Of a DNA stretch of 47,615 nucleotides, positions 1 through 10,401 are shown piece by piece. The stretch spans positions 1 through 47,615 of the forward strand of contig ONQM01000001.1 in assembly GCA_900319955.1 (NCBI GenBank). The letters are read 5' to 3'. The stretch is from an uncultured Eubacteriales bacterium (GTDB lineage: Bacteria; Bacillota_I; Bacilli_A; RF39; UBA660). A model generated the notes under the pieces. The model had not been told where the DNA came from. It saw nothing but the letters and a program-made list of their open reading frames with translations, and ran no database searches. The position numbers were made by a program, and so were the translations under genes. Positions within the stretch are counted from its first letter, which is position 1, and each line of letters starts with the position of its first letter.

Positions 1-368
1 CTCTTTGAACTTGTTGTTCCATTACTTATATTTGCAAAGCTTCCTACTATTCTCCATAACTCGTTATTAAATCTTACATAGTTGTTTGGATTTGCACCTA
101 TATATCTTAAGTTGTTATCACTTGTACCATCATATACTAAATTTGTTTTATCTATTTTATATAAGTTTGTAATAGTCTCTGTTGCAATCCCAGTTTTTGC
201 ATAAAGTGGATTAGCAATTTTAATATTTAAACTATTTTTACTATCAACAGATTTTGTAAATAATGCATTACTACTACCTATTATCCCAATAAAGTTAATT
301 ACTGTAAGTACTGAAAACACTGCTATACTTGTTTTTAATATTTTCTTTAATTTTTTATCATTTTTCAT
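1..368 (-). CDS. Secreted surface protein, 3'-truncated by the window edge; SipW-type signal peptide and 'RYIGANPNNYV.FNNELWRI' motif
   Basis: Absent from the ORF track. Manual translation from ATG 368: MKNDKKLKKILKTSIAVFSVLTVINFIGIIGSSNALFT...NLRYIGANPNNYVRFNNELWRIVGSF, open to position 1; RBS-like AGGATGG upstream. Confidence 0.75.
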   Translation of the reverse strand, partial: MKNDKKLKKILKTSIAVFSVLTVINFIGIIGSSNALFTKSVDSKNSLNIKIANPLYAKTGIATETITNLYKIDKTNLVYDGTSDNNLRYIGANPNNYVRFNNELWRIVGSFANISNGTTSSK

Positions 369-415
369 ACTCTTATACCATCCTATTTTTAATCATAATA
401 CTATTATATCATAAA

Positions 416-457
416 TCTCACTGAATAGCTGAAATAATTTATAACTAATAAGTGAGA
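416..457. promoter_or_regulatory. Imperfect inverted repeat in the divergent intergenic region; candidate XRE operator
   Basis: TCTCACTGAATAG (416-428) and CTAATAAGTGAGA (445-457), 11/13 complementary. Confidence 0.4.
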
Positions 458-483
458 AAATGTAAACAAGAGGTAATTATGAT

Positions 484-741
484 ATGGATAAGAGCAGTGA
501 AAATTATATTTATTATTTAGTTGCTAGAAATTTAAGAAGATTAAGGAAAAGTAAGCATATGACTCAAAGTGAGTTTGCTGAGAAATGTAATTATAGTCCT
601 GGATTTATAATGAATATAGAAAGTGAAAAATATTATCAAACTTTTAGTTTAGGTACTTTATGGACTTTTGCTAAAGTACTTGATGTCGATATAAGAGAAT
701 TATTTGAACCACTTGATGATGAGGTCCAAAAAAGAAACTAG
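484..741 (+). CDS. XRE/Cro-C1 helix-turn-helix transcriptional regulator
   Basis: NLRRLRKSKHMTQSEFAEKC...IMNIES...LWTFAKVLDVDIRELF fits the HTH_3 pattern; RBS GAGGT. Confidence 0.9.
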   Translation: MDKSSENYIYYLVARNLRRLRKSKHMTQSEFAEKCNYSPGFIMNIESEKYYQTFSLGTLWTFAKVLDVDIRELFEPLDDEVQKRN

Positions 742-1277
742 TTAGTATCATTAGTTTCTTTTTCTTTTATGGTATTATCTTCTAAATAGTCTTCTTTTAC
801 TTCATCTATTTTTTCATCTGGATTATCTAATATTTCATCCCATGGATCTTCTTCATCTACTACTCCTATTTTTACTTTTTGATCTCCAACAAGTTCTATT
901 CCTAATTCTTTTTCTACTGTATAGTTAATTGTATTTCCACTTATACTTGCATTAGTACATGTTGGACCACTTAAGCATTTAATTATTGCAGATGCATCAG
1001 CATTAACATCTTTAATAGTTACTGTTTCATTATAAGTATCAGTATTCTTAGTAACTAGTGTTTCTTTATTATCATTATAACTATACCATATGTTTACATC
1101 ATATGATCCTGTTATATTTACTTTATCTCCTACTAAATCACCTTTAAAATTATGATTTATAATCCAGCATCCAAGTATAGTTGAAGGTGTATGTTCTAGT
1201 TTTATACTATTATTAGTTATAAATTTCTTTTTACCTTTTCCAAGTACTGCACGAGTTACTATTTCTTTATATGACAT
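738..1277 (-). CDS. cotE: Outer spore coat protein E
   Basis: YKEIVTRAVLGKGKKKF, PSTILGCWIINH, GSYDVNIWYSY; follows miaB-ricA as in Bacillus; start moved to the ATG behind RBS GAGGAG. Confidence 0.9.
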   Translation of the reverse strand: MSYKEIVTRAVLGKGKKKFITNNSIKLEHTPSTILGCWIINHNFKGDLVGDKVNITGSYDVNIWYSYNDNKETLVTKNTDTYNETVTIKDVNADASAIIKCLSGPTCTNASISGNTINYTVEKELGIELVGDQKVKIGVVDEEDPWDEILDNPDEKIDEVKEDYLEDNTIKEKETNDTN

Positions 1278-1296
1278 TTTATCAACTCCTCTATAT

Positions 1297-1325
1297 AATT
1301 TATGCATAATATTAAATAAATAGAC
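1297..1325 (-). promoter_or_regulatory. Candidate sigma-E-type promoter of cotE
   Basis: Minus strand GTCTATT-14 nt-CATAAATT, similar to the B. subtilis sigE consensus. Confidence 0.4.
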
Positions 1326-1415
1326 AAAAAAAGAAGTTAAACTTATTGTTAGCTTCTCAATTATAATAGTCTATTCCGAAAAAACTGCAATTTTACATTT
1401 TTTTTAATAGAAGTC

Positions 1416-1760
1416 TTAAAATAATTCTTCATTAAATAGATTATCAAAGTAATTATTTATTTTATTCTTTATTAAATCTAGACTCCCATTTACTTTATTT
1501 AAGTAATAATTATATAAAGTAAAATCATTATAAGTATTTAACTCTTCTACTTTAGTTTCTAACTCTTCTTTTACTTTGCTATCTTTATTTCTTATGTATT
1601 CTTTTTGAAGATCTTTTACTTTTTTTATTAGATTGAGTAACTTTTTATTATCTTTTATTTTATCTTTATAATACATAAGTTTTTTATAGTCATTTGATTC
1701 TTTTATATAAGTAATTATATTATTAAGGCTTTCTTTTTCTTCTTTAGTTAGCATTTCCAT
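1416..1760 (-). CDS. YlbF/YmcA (RicA-like) family regulator
   Basis: Helical 114 aa with IKES.DY and VKDLQKEY; occupies the ymcA/ricA position between miaB and cotE. Confidence 0.7.
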   Translation of the reverse strand: MEMLTKEEKESLNNIITYIKESNDYKKLMYYKDKIKDNKKLLNLIKKVKDLQKEYIRNKDSKVKEELETKVEELNTYNDFTLYNYYLNKVNGSLDLIKNKINNYFDNLFNEELF

Positions 1761-3147
1761 CTAAACTCCATGTTTTAGCTTTTGTTATTTTTACGTTTAC
1801 TAAGTCTCCTATTTTAATGTTTTTACCTGTAAAGTTAACAAGTTTCATTTCTTTACTATATCCATAGTACCCATCTATTTTTTCATTTTTACCTTCTACT
1901 AATACTTCAAGTGTTTGTCCTTCTTCTTTTTTATTATTTTCTAAAAAATATTTATTAACTAATTTATTAAGTATTTGTAATCTTTCTTCTTTTGTTTTTT
2001 CATCTACTTGATTTTTAAATTTAGCAGCAGGTGTATTTTCTCTTGGTGAATATATAAATGTATATGCATTATCATAATTACAATGATTTACTACGTCAAG
2101 TGTTTCTTGAAAGTCTTCTTCTGTTTCTCCTGGAAAGCCTACAATAATATCTGTTGATATATGGCAATTTGTGATTTTACTTTTCATTTTATCAAAAAGT
2201 TTTAGATAGCTTTCTTTTGTATAACGTCTTCCCATACTCTTTAGTACTTTGTCTGATCCTGACTGTAGTGGAAGATGAATAGATGGCATTATATTAGGAT
2301 ACTTTGCAATTGTATCTATCATTTTATCTGTAAAGTTCCATGGATGCGATGTTGTAAATCTAACTCTTGGAATACCAGTTTTTGCAACATCTTCAAGTAG
2401 TTCTCCAAATGAATAATCATTGTAAAGATCATGACCATATGCATTAACGTTTTGTCCTAAGAGTGTTACCTCTTTATAACCATCAGATGCTAAAGCTTCT
2501 ACTTCCCTTAGTATATCTTCTTTTTTTCTAGAATGCTCTCTTCCTCTTGTGTAAGGCACTATACAATATGTACAGAATTTATCACAGCCATAAATAATAT
2601 TTACATATGCTTTAAAATTGCTTACTCTTCTTACAGGAATATTTTCTATTATTTCATCTGAGAATGTCTTAACATCTATTTCTTGCTTTCCTTCATTTAT
2701 CGCTCTATCAAGTATTTCTGGTAAATCTGCTATATTATGTGTTCCGAATATAAAGTTTACAAATTTGTATTTTTCTTTTATTTCTTTAATGACTCCTTCT
2801 TCTTGTGCCATGCATCCACAAAGACCTATTACTAAATCTTTCTTTTCTTCTTTTAAATGTTTAAATCTTCCAAGCATACCAAATGCTTTATTATGTGCAT
2901 TTTCTCTTACTGAACATGTATTAAGAAGAACTAAATCTGCATCTTTATATTCTTCTACTTCAGTAAATCCCATTTCTTCGAGTAAAGCTTTTATGTTTTC
3001 ACTATCATGCTCATTCATTTGACATCCATATGTTTTTAGAAAATATTTTTTACCACTATATTTTAATTTGTAATTTGGATCTAGTTCAAATTTCTTTGTC
3101 TTTATTTTATCTTTTTTAAATACATCTTTATAATTAGGTAATTCCAT
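1744..3147 (-). CDS. miaB: tRNA-2-methylthio-N6-dimethylallyladenosine synthase
   Basis: TYGCQMNEHDSE, NTCSVRENA, radical SAM motif GCDKFCTYCIVP, C-terminal TRAM domain. Confidence 0.97.
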   Translation of the reverse strand: MELPNYKDVFKKDKIKTKKFELDPNYKLKYSGKKYFLKTYGCQMNEHDSENIKALLEEMGFTEVEEYKDADLVLLNTCSVRENAHNKAFGMLGRFKHLKEEKKDLVIGLCGCMAQEEGVIKEIKEKYKFVNFIFGTHNIADLPEILDRAINEGKQEIDVKTFSDEIIENIPVRRVSNFKAYVNIIYGCDKFCTYCIVPYTRGREHSRKKEDILREVEALASDGYKEVTLLGQNVNAYGHDLYNDYSFGELLEDVAKTGIPRVRFTTSHPWNFTDKMIDTIAKYPNIMPSIHLPLQSGSDKVLKSMGRRYTKESYLKLFDKMKSKITNCHISTDIIVGFPGETEEDFQETLDVVNHCNYDNAYTFIYSPRENTPAAKFKNQVDEKTKEERLQILNKLVNKYFLENNKKEEGQTLEVLVEGKNEKIDGYYGYSKEMKLVNFTGKNIKIGDLVNVKITKAKTWSLDGNAN

Positions 3148-3157
3148 AGTAATCCCC

Positions 3158-3604
3158 CTATCTCATTTGTAATACTTTAAAATCTTCTTTAGGTGAAAAT
3201 ATTATTTTTTTATTTTTTCCAATTTCATTTTTTAATATGACTCCTCTTTCATTAATATACATATTAATATCTGCTGGAACATTGCAATCAAGCTCCAGTT
3301 TATCAAAATATGTTTTTAATTTTCCTATAGGAGTTTCTTTTGTTTCAAGAAAAAGACTTCCATTTAAAGAAAGTTCTTTTATAGTATTTAGTCTTATTTC
3401 TTCTTTTAATTTTTCATATTTTTTTATGTTATGTTTGTTAATTTGATAGCATTCATTTGTTTTTCTTATTTTTATATAGTCATTATAATTATTATTTTTA
3501 ATTCTTATTATGTTTGAATTTCTTATTTTTTTATACCACCAATTTGATACAAATTCTGCTATTTCAATTATTTTTCTATATTCATCCTGCTCCACTAATT
3601 TCAC
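3158..3604 (-). CDS. Hypothetical protein
   Basis: 148-aa ORF with GTG start abutting the upstream stop; no recognisable motif. Confidence 0.6.
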   Translation of the reverse strand: MKLVEQDEYRKIIEIAEFVSNWWYKKIRNSNIIRIKNNNYNDYIKIRKTNECYQINKHNIKKYEKLKEEIRLNTIKELSLNGSLFLETKETPIGKLKTYFDKLELDCNVPADINMYINERGVILKNEIGKNKKIIFSPKEDFKVLQMR

Positions 3605-4018
3605 CTACTTACAACTATAGCCACGCTCTTCCATAGTTTTTTTTACTTTTTCTTTTGTTTTTTCTTTAATGTTTAATATTTTAAGAAGTTTACTATTACT
3701 TTTACTATCTGAAACTAATTTAAAGTTAATATTATTATTTGAAATAGTTGCACTATAGTCAAATCCTTTATTTTTATATGTTTCATCAAGACTTTCTTTA
3801 TAACTATTTATATATTTTACATATGTTTCATCAAATGTTATTGTACCTTCTTCATAAACTGATGATATTTTATCATTTACAAAGTTAAATGTAATATTTA
3901 AGTTATTACTTGATCCAGTATCAGTAACACTTGTTTTACATGATAATTTTTCTTTTTTATCACATCCTGTTACTATAAATAATGTTAGTAGTATTACTAA
4001 TATAAATTTCTTTTTCAT
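3605..4018 (-). CDS. Putative lipoprotein
   Basis: MKKKFILVILLTLFIVTG-C lipobox; RBS AAGGAGA before ATG 4018; ends RGYSCK. Confidence 0.8.
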   Translation of the reverse strand: MKKKFILVILLTLFIVTGCDKKEKLSCKTSVTDTGSSNNLNITFNFVNDKISSVYEEGTITFDETYVKYINSYKESLDETYKNKGFDYSATISNNNINFKLVSDSKSNSKLLKILNIKEKTKEKVKKTMEERGYSCK

Positions 4019-4092
4019 GTTAATCTCCTTACTTATATTAAACACTTTAAGCAACATTTACAATTATATTAAAGTTATATTGTATTGTCAAA

Positions 4093-4896
4093 TTATTTTG
4101 ATAATGTAATCACTGGTCTTATTCCAATTACAAATCCAGCATTTCTAGCATCTAGAAGTATGCTACTTGCATTTATATCAACTGTCCATGCTAGTTTTCC
4201 TGATGCTGTCGTTGACGTATAATAACCAAAGTAGCTTTCATTTTGTATATTATCCCAAAGATATGAACAATTTGATGATGTAAGATCATATGATTTTGCA
4301 GCATCAAGTGATGAAAAGTTTGTAACTAGACAAGATGCTGCAACCTCACTTGCCATAGGAAGTCTTGCAGCATAACCTGAATAGTTTATATTATTAAACA
4401 TGCCTACTTCACTTACATTTGTCCAAGTACTTGTCTTTGGTAAGTGTTTAATTGCATTTAACGGTCCAAGATTTGCATTTTCTATCCCATCTTCTTCAGT
4501 TGATGGTTCTGAAAAAGATGCTGAACTATAATCTCTATCCATTATTAAATTTACTCTTCCATCATCTTCTGCATCATTAAGTACATAGAATTTATAAGAC
4601 TTACCATCACCTAAGTTATTACAATTATATATTGTTCCCTTTTTATAAGGTGATTTACTATTTGTTTTACAAACTTCTTCTTCACTTGATGCATCTTTAT
4701 ATAAATTGCCCTCTTTATGCATCTTTATATTTTCTTCTTCTTTTTGAATATTCTTTTTATCACTTTTATTTACTTCGTAATTTTCTACTTTAAAGAATTT
4801 ATCATATAAAACAAGTCCACATAAAACTATTATAACTGCTATTAATATCATAATGGTTGCATATGCTGTTTTTATTTTCTTATCATTTTTTTCCAT
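4093..4896 (-). CDS. Membrane-anchored protein with DUF6273/C-type-lectin-like C-terminal domain
   Basis: One N-terminal TM helix; FYVL...VNLIMD, ARLP..SEV, YYTST...AWTV...GIRPVITL. Confidence 0.65.
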   Translation of the reverse strand: MEKNDKKIKTAYATIMILIAVIIVLCGLVLYDKFFKVENYEVNKSDKKNIQKEEENIKMHKEGNLYKDASSEEEVCKTNSKSPYKKGTIYNCNNLGDGKSYKFYVLNDAEDDGRVNLIMDRDYSSASFSEPSTEEDGIENANLGPLNAIKHLPKTSTWTNVSEVGMFNNINYSGYAARLPMASEVAASCLVTNFSSLDAAKSYDLTSSNCSYLWDNIQNESYFGYYTSTTASGKLAWTVDINASSILLDARNAGFVIGIRPVITLSK

Positions 4897-4940
4897 ATTC
4901 TTTCTCCTACGATACTATTTTATCATATTTTTTTATTTTT

Positions 4941-7900
4941 TTACTTAACTTCTCTTATTTTACTGTCAAGTATTGAATATAAATATGTATATACTTTTTT
5001 ATGAGTTAAAGATTCTATATATTTCCTATATCCATTTAATTGATCATCATAGTGTTGGTCATCTATTCCTTTTAGTTTATAGTCAAATATATATAAGACA
5101 TTATCATATTCTATCATTAAATCTATTATACCATGATATTTTACACTATTTTCCTCATAAATAAATTCATACTCTTTATATATTTTACCGGTTTTTATTT
5201 TATTTATGATGTCACTATTTATAAATTTATTTATTTTATCTTTAATATAATCATTTATATTAAATAGTGTAAAGTCAGGATTTTCAAAGTCTATTTCTTC
5301 AAGTATTTTATGACACTTTGTACCAAGTTCTAAAAGATTTTTTTCATCTTTAGTTTCTATTTTTAATTCTTCTTTTGAAAAGTGTTTTTCTTCTTCTTTT
5401 TTATTATTTAACTTTATTTCTTTTACATCTAGTTTAATATTACTTTTATTTATATTATTTTCTTTTTGACTTATAATATAGTTTTTTGTTAAATTAGGTT
5501 CTTTTAATGTTATATATTCTTCTAGATTTCCAAGTATACTATTAAGCATTAAATAAAATGATGAATATTTTGATCTTACTGAATCTGGTACTAATTCACT
5601 ATAGTTTTCTCCTTCTCCATTTTTCATTACTATTACGATTTTTTCTCTGCTTCTTGTAAGAGCAACATATAAAAGTCTTATTCTTTCCCCAATATCTTCT
5701 AATTTTTCTTCTCTATCATAAAGTATTCTTGTTATTAAACTTTTATATCCATAATTAAATATTGGTATCATAAATCCATATTTTCTATCAAATGCTATTT
5801 TTCTTCTTGAGTCTTCTCTATTTGCACCATCACTCATTGATCCAAAGTAGCATACTGGAAACTCAAGCCCTTTTGATTTATGAATTGACATTATTTTTAC
5901 ACTATCTATGTCTTCTAGTGTTTTATCATAAGACATTTTATATCCATTTTTTATTGTTTCATCTAAATATTTAAGTACACTATTATTGTTATACTCTTTT
6001 TTTTCTAGACTATCTATTACATCAAATAAATAATATATAGATTTTTCTTTTTCATCTATCATTTCTGTTTTTAATATATTATAGTTTATATCAAATACAT
6101 CAAGCACTTTTAAATAGAATTCTTTTGGTGAAAGATTTATAAAATCATTTTTTAAAGATATTCCTTTATTATATATATCTGTTTCTTTAAAATTATTTTC
6201 TTTAAATATTTTTAGTATTTCTTCATCTGTTAAATTACTTAAAAATGATCTTGCAATAGACAAAAATGCATATTTAGTATTTTCATCAAATATGTTATTT
6301 GATATATCACTTATAAATTTATAAATATTATGTATAACATATATAAATGGTGTATTATTGATATTTTCTTCTCTATATATTGTTATAGGAATGCCTAAGT
6401 ATTCAAATATTTTTTTATACAAATCAAAATCTTTTTTCTTTGATAACAATACTACAAAATCTTTATATGATATTTTTCTAAATTTATTTTCATCTTTATC
6501 AAATATCATTTTTCCTTCATTTACTCTTTTTTTAATATCATCTGCTATTATAAAGATTTCTTTTTCAGTATTTGTATATTCTTTAGTTTTATCTTCATCA
6601 TATGTTAATATATCAAGATTATATTCTCCTTCTTTATAATCATTATAAGTAGTGTTACCAAATACTGCTTCTCCATCTTCTTTATAGTTTGATCCTCCTA
6701 TTTCTTCATTCATGACAAGATCAAATACTTTGTTAATATTATTAAGTACTTCTTCTCTACTTCTAAAGTTTTTATTTAAGTCTATTTTTATTCCACCATC
6801 TTTTTTACTATATTTTTTATATTTTTCTCTAAAGATATTAGGATTTGCATTACGAAATCTATAAATAGATTGTTTAACATCTCCTACCATATAAAGATTA
6901 TTATTTGAAATTAAATCTAATAGTTCTTCTTCTATATCAGATGTATCTTGATATTCATCTACCATTATTTCATCAAATGATTTTTTTACATCTTCTCTTA
7001 TAGACTCATTTTCTTTTAATAAGTTAATTACCATTATACTAATATCAGAAAAGTCATAAAGAGATTTTTTCTTTCTTTCTTCATCGTAGAATTTATATGT
7101 ATTTGTTATTATTCTAATTAATGCTTCTGCATCAGGTTTTGTTTTCATAATATCTTCTATCATATATTCTTCTTTAGGATAGTTTGATGTTAGTTTTTCT
7201 ATTTCTTTTTTTACTGATCCCATATCATCATATATTTTTTTAGCATCTACAGGAAATTTATATGCTTTAAATGATAAGCTTTCAAAGAATGTTTTTATAT
7301 CACTATATGTTTTTACAGTATTTATATTTTTAAATGCTTCAAGTAATTTATCTAATGTTTTACCACTTAAATGGTTTTCTAATTCTTCTAGAAGGCTTTT
7401 GTATTTTTTAAATAAATCATATACAAGACTTATGTATTTGTCTTTATATTTAGTTAAATTTTCTATATTATAAAATGCACTTATATAACTTTTTAAATAT
7501 TCATCTCTATCTGACATTAAATCAAGTTTAGAAAGTATATTTAGTACATTACCTTTAAAATCATCATCACCTTTTAAAGACATATTTGTAATTAAGTTTT
7601 CAAAGTCTTTTAAGTCTTTTTGATATTCTATATCAAGTGCTTTATCAAGTGATTTTCTTTTAATTATATCTAGAAGTGTACTATCACATATTTCTATATT
7701 ATTGCTTATATTTAATGCATAATGATATTTTTTTAATAAACTTAATGAGAAACTATCAAATGTTGTTATATATGCTTCATCTACATATTTAGCTTCTTCT
7801 AAAAAGTTATTTTCTATTAGGACTTTTCTTACTCTATCTTTCATTTCTTTTGCAGCATCTTTTGTAAATGTTAAAAGAAGAAGTCTTTTTACAGTAAAAC

Positions 7901-8030
7901 CATCTGATACTTTTCTTAAAACTCTTTTTGAAAGTACTGCTGTCTTACCAGATCCTGCTCCTGCTGAAACTAATATGTTTGTATGTGGTTCTATTTCAAC
8001 TGCAAGAGCCTGTTCTTTAGTTAGTGCCAT
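4941..8030 (-). CDS. addA: ATP-dependent helicase/nuclease subunit A (AddA/RexA-like)
   Basis: SAGAGSGKT, DEYQD, VGDVKQSIYRFR, NFRS, SIHKSKGLEF, YVALTR; C-terminal nuclease GIIDL...DYK. Confidence 0.92.
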   Translation of the reverse strand: MALTKEQALAVEIEPHTNILVSAGAGSGKTAVLSKRVLRKVSDGFTVKRLLLLTFTKDAAKEMKDRVRKVLIENNFLEEAKYVDEAYITTFDSFSLSLLKKYHYALNISNNIEICDSTLLDIIKRKSLDKALDIEYQKDLKDFENLITNMSLKGDDDFKGNVLNILSKLDLMSDRDEYLKSYISAFYNIENLTKYKDKYISLVYDLFKKYKSLLEELENHLSGKTLDKLLEAFKNINTVKTYSDIKTFFESLSFKAYKFPVDAKKIYDDMGSVKKEIEKLTSNYPKEEYMIEDIMKTKPDAEALIRIITNTYKFYDEERKKKSLYDFSDISIMVINLLKENESIREDVKKSFDEIMVDEYQDTSDIEEELLDLISNNNLYMVGDVKQSIYRFRNANPNIFREKYKKYSKKDGGIKIDLNKNFRSREEVLNNINKVFDLVMNEEIGGSNYKEDGEAVFGNTTYNDYKEGEYNLDILTYDEDKTKEYTNTEKEIFIIADDIKKRVNEGKMIFDKDENKFRKISYKDFVVLLSKKKDFDLYKKIFEYLGIPITIYREENINNTPFIYVIHNIYKFISDISNNIFDENTKYAFLSIARSFLSNLTDEEILKIFKENNFKETDIYNKGISLKNDFINLSPKEFYLKVLDVFDINYNILKTEMIDEKEKSIYYLFDVIDSLEKKEYNNNSVLKYLDETIKNGYKMSYDKTLEDIDSVKIMSIHKSKGLEFPVCYFGSMSDGANREDSRRKIAFDRKYGFMIPIFNYGYKSLITRILYDREEKLEDIGERIRLLYVALTRSREKIVIVMKNGEGENYSELVPDSVRSKYSSFYLMLNSILGNLEEYITLKEPNLTKNYIISQKENNINKSNIKLDVKEIKLNNKKEEEKHFSKEELKIETKDEKNLLELGTKCHKILEEIDFENPDFTLFNINDYIKDKINKFINSDIINKIKTGKIYKEYEFIYEENSVKYHGIIDLMIEYDNVLYIFDYKLKGIDDQHYDDQLNGYRKYIESLTHKKVYTYLYSILDSKIREVK

Positions 8031-10332
8031 CTTCCTCACCTCCTAGAAAATCTAAGTTTTGTATGTCTTGTAATATTCTATAATCTTTTTCTTCTTTATA
8101 GCATATATCTTTATAATTACACTTATTGCAAGCATCAACTTTTTTGCCTATTCTTACTGGACTTATTTTAAAGTCTCTTAAAAGTATATTTTTAAAAGTG
8201 TTATGTACTAAATCTTCTGTATATTTATAAAGATTTTTTACTTCATCTTCATTAAGTACTCTTGCATAACGACCAAATGATCCATCTTTCTTTATAGACA
8301 TTCCTTTTATTAGTTTACTATTTTCATATGTTTTATCAAACATATATACCTCTTCTTTATCATTAACCGAATATCCTTGGTATTTTAAATTATCTCTTAA
8401 TTCTTCTTTATAATCTTTATTTTCTTCTTTTTTATCATTCATAATAACACTTTCAAAATACATTCCATTAAATACAGGACTTTCAAATATATTTCCTTTT
8501 ATTATTAGATAAAGATATGTTGCTAGCTGGGAAGAAAGACCATATCTCATATAGTAAAGATTTGGATCAAATGATCCTGTTTTATAATCAATTACATCAA
8601 AATATGTTTTATTAAGCTCTTTATGATAAAGTATTTTGTCTATCTTACCTTCAAATATAAGCTTTGGTAAGTTTTCTTTATAAAGTAGTGTTATTTTCTT
8701 TTCAAACATTCTATTATGAAACATTGTATAAGAATCATTTTCTTTTATTATTTCTATTTCATCTTTTATTATTCTTTTTAGTTTTTTTAGAAAGAATCTA
8801 TCTTTCGTATCAAGCGTATATTTTTTTAATCCTTCATTAAAGATGCAATCAATATCAAAATTATCATCATATGAATGTTCTAAAATGTAATGAAATAAAT
8901 TACCAATTATTGATGCAAATGTTTCTTCAAATGGATTTACTTTAAGAATATAATTTACATAGTATTCAAATGGACATGAATTATATGCATTCATACTTGT
9001 ATATGATAGTTTTATTTCATTTACATATTTATTAAATTGATTTTCGCATATTTTTTTATAATCATGACTATATGTGTTATATATTTGTGAATAATTATTA
9101 CTAAGTATATCTAATTCTTTATCATAAATATTATATCTGTAAAGATTATCTATTTCTTTATTAAATCTTCTTTCATTAGCTTTGTTACTTAATTCTAAAT
9201 TATTTGTATATTTTTCTTTATTCATATTAAGTTCTTTTATTAAAGGTGAATCATAAAACTTATCTTTATATGTTGCTTCTTTTAAACTAATATATATATT
9301 AGGTATATTTGTTATATAGTTAATTGCATACTTTTTTTCTCTTTCATTTTTATATGTTGTATTATATAAATTTTCTTTAATAGAATCATTTATAAACATA
9401 TCATCTTTATATGTTTTGGGAATAGATCCATAATTAAATCCTAATAAGAAAACATAATCTTTACTAGTGAAGCTTCTATCAAATAGATTACATATTTTTA
9501 CACTTTCAGTATATTTATCTCTTATATCAACATCTTTTATTATGCTTCTTAATATTTTTTCATAAGATTCATCTTTATCTAAATAACTAATACTATTTAC
9601 TTTATTAATGAATTTCTTTAATATTTTAGAATTATTTTCATTTATTTTAGGTAGTTCATCATTTTCTAAATAGTTATTTACAAAACTATAACTATTTAAA
9701 TTAACTGTTTCTTTTAAATCTACATTTATGTTATATAGTTTAAATATGTTTCTAATTGGAAGATAGTAATTATTATCATAGTTTACTAAATAAATGTTGT
9801 TAAGTGAAACACCTTTTTCTTTTAATATGCATATTTGTTGAGCGACAAATTCTACTTCATCATCTATTTCTCTAAATTTGTAATATGATAGATTTTTTTC
9901 TTTTCTAGCTGGTCTTCTTACTTCCGCATTTAATTTTTTAAATAAATCATCCATATATTTTTCTATTATAGGATAGTCTATCACAATTATTTTTTTATCA
10001 CTTATATATTTTTTAAAGTAATTATTAAATTCTAAAAGATTATTTTCTATAAGTTCTCTTTTTAAATTACTTAAGAATATCAATTTATCTTCTTCATACT
10101 CTTTATTTTCATCTATTGTATATAATGATTCAATATACTCTTTTGAAACATCTACATCATATTTATATTTATTATAAAGATAACTTATCGCTCTATAATC
10201 ATATGAAAAGAAATAATTTGACTTAAACTCATTAATATCCATAAATTTATAATTATGAAGTTCTTTATTTTTATTTAATTTTTCAAGTATATTTATTTTT
10301 TCATCATTTGTACATATTATTAAAGTATTCAT
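8017..10332 (-). CDS. addB: AddB/RexB-like PD-(D/E)XK nuclease subunit
   Basis: LSYTS...CPF, GKIDKI...IDYKTG, QLATY, C-terminal CNKCNYKDIC (Fe-S staple); overlaps the addA start. Confidence 0.85.
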   Translation of the reverse strand: MNTLIICTNDEKINILEKLNKNKELHNYKFMDINEFKSNYFFSYDYRAISYLYNKYKYDVDVSKEYIESLYTIDENKEYEEDKLIFLSNLKRELIENNLLEFNNYFKKYISDKKIIVIDYPIIEKYMDDLFKKLNAEVRRPARKEKNLSYYKFREIDDEVEFVAQQICILKEKGVSLNNIYLVNYDNNYYLPIRNIFKLYNINVDLKETVNLNSYSFVNNYLENDELPKINENNSKILKKFINKVNSISYLDKDESYEKILRSIIKDVDIRDKYTESVKICNLFDRSFTSKDYVFLLGFNYGSIPKTYKDDMFINDSIKENLYNTTYKNEREKKYAINYITNIPNIYISLKEATYKDKFYDSPLIKELNMNKEKYTNNLELSNKANERRFNKEIDNLYRYNIYDKELDILSNNYSQIYNTYSHDYKKICENQFNKYVNEIKLSYTSMNAYNSCPFEYYVNYILKVNPFEETFASIIGNLFHYILEHSYDDNFDIDCIFNEGLKKYTLDTKDRFFLKKLKRIIKDEIEIIKENDSYTMFHNRMFEKKITLLYKENLPKLIFEGKIDKILYHKELNKTYFDVIDYKTGSFDPNLYYMRYGLSSQLATYLYLIIKGNIFESPVFNGMYFESVIMNDKKEENKDYKEELRDNLKYQGYSVNDKEEVYMFDKTYENSKLIKGMSIKKDGSFGRYARVLNEDEVKNLYKYTEDLVHNTFKNILLRDFKISPVRIGKKVDACNKCNYKDICYKEEKDYRILQDIQNLDFLGGEEDGTN

Positions 10333-10366
10333 TTAATCACCATCTTTATAATTATTTTATCACAGA

Positions 10367-10401
10367 AATAAAAGTAGAAAAACATTATTTCTACTTTTAT
10401 T
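10367..10401 (-). terminator. Intrinsic terminator after the serS transcript
   Basis: 14-bp inverted repeat AATAAAAGTAGAAA / TTTCTACTTTTATT with 7-nt loop. Confidence 0.75.

Noticed and set aside
4941-10332. Helicase-nuclease pair as a defence system or Cas4-like module
   Set aside because: Order and motifs fit housekeeping AddAB; PcrA is separately present
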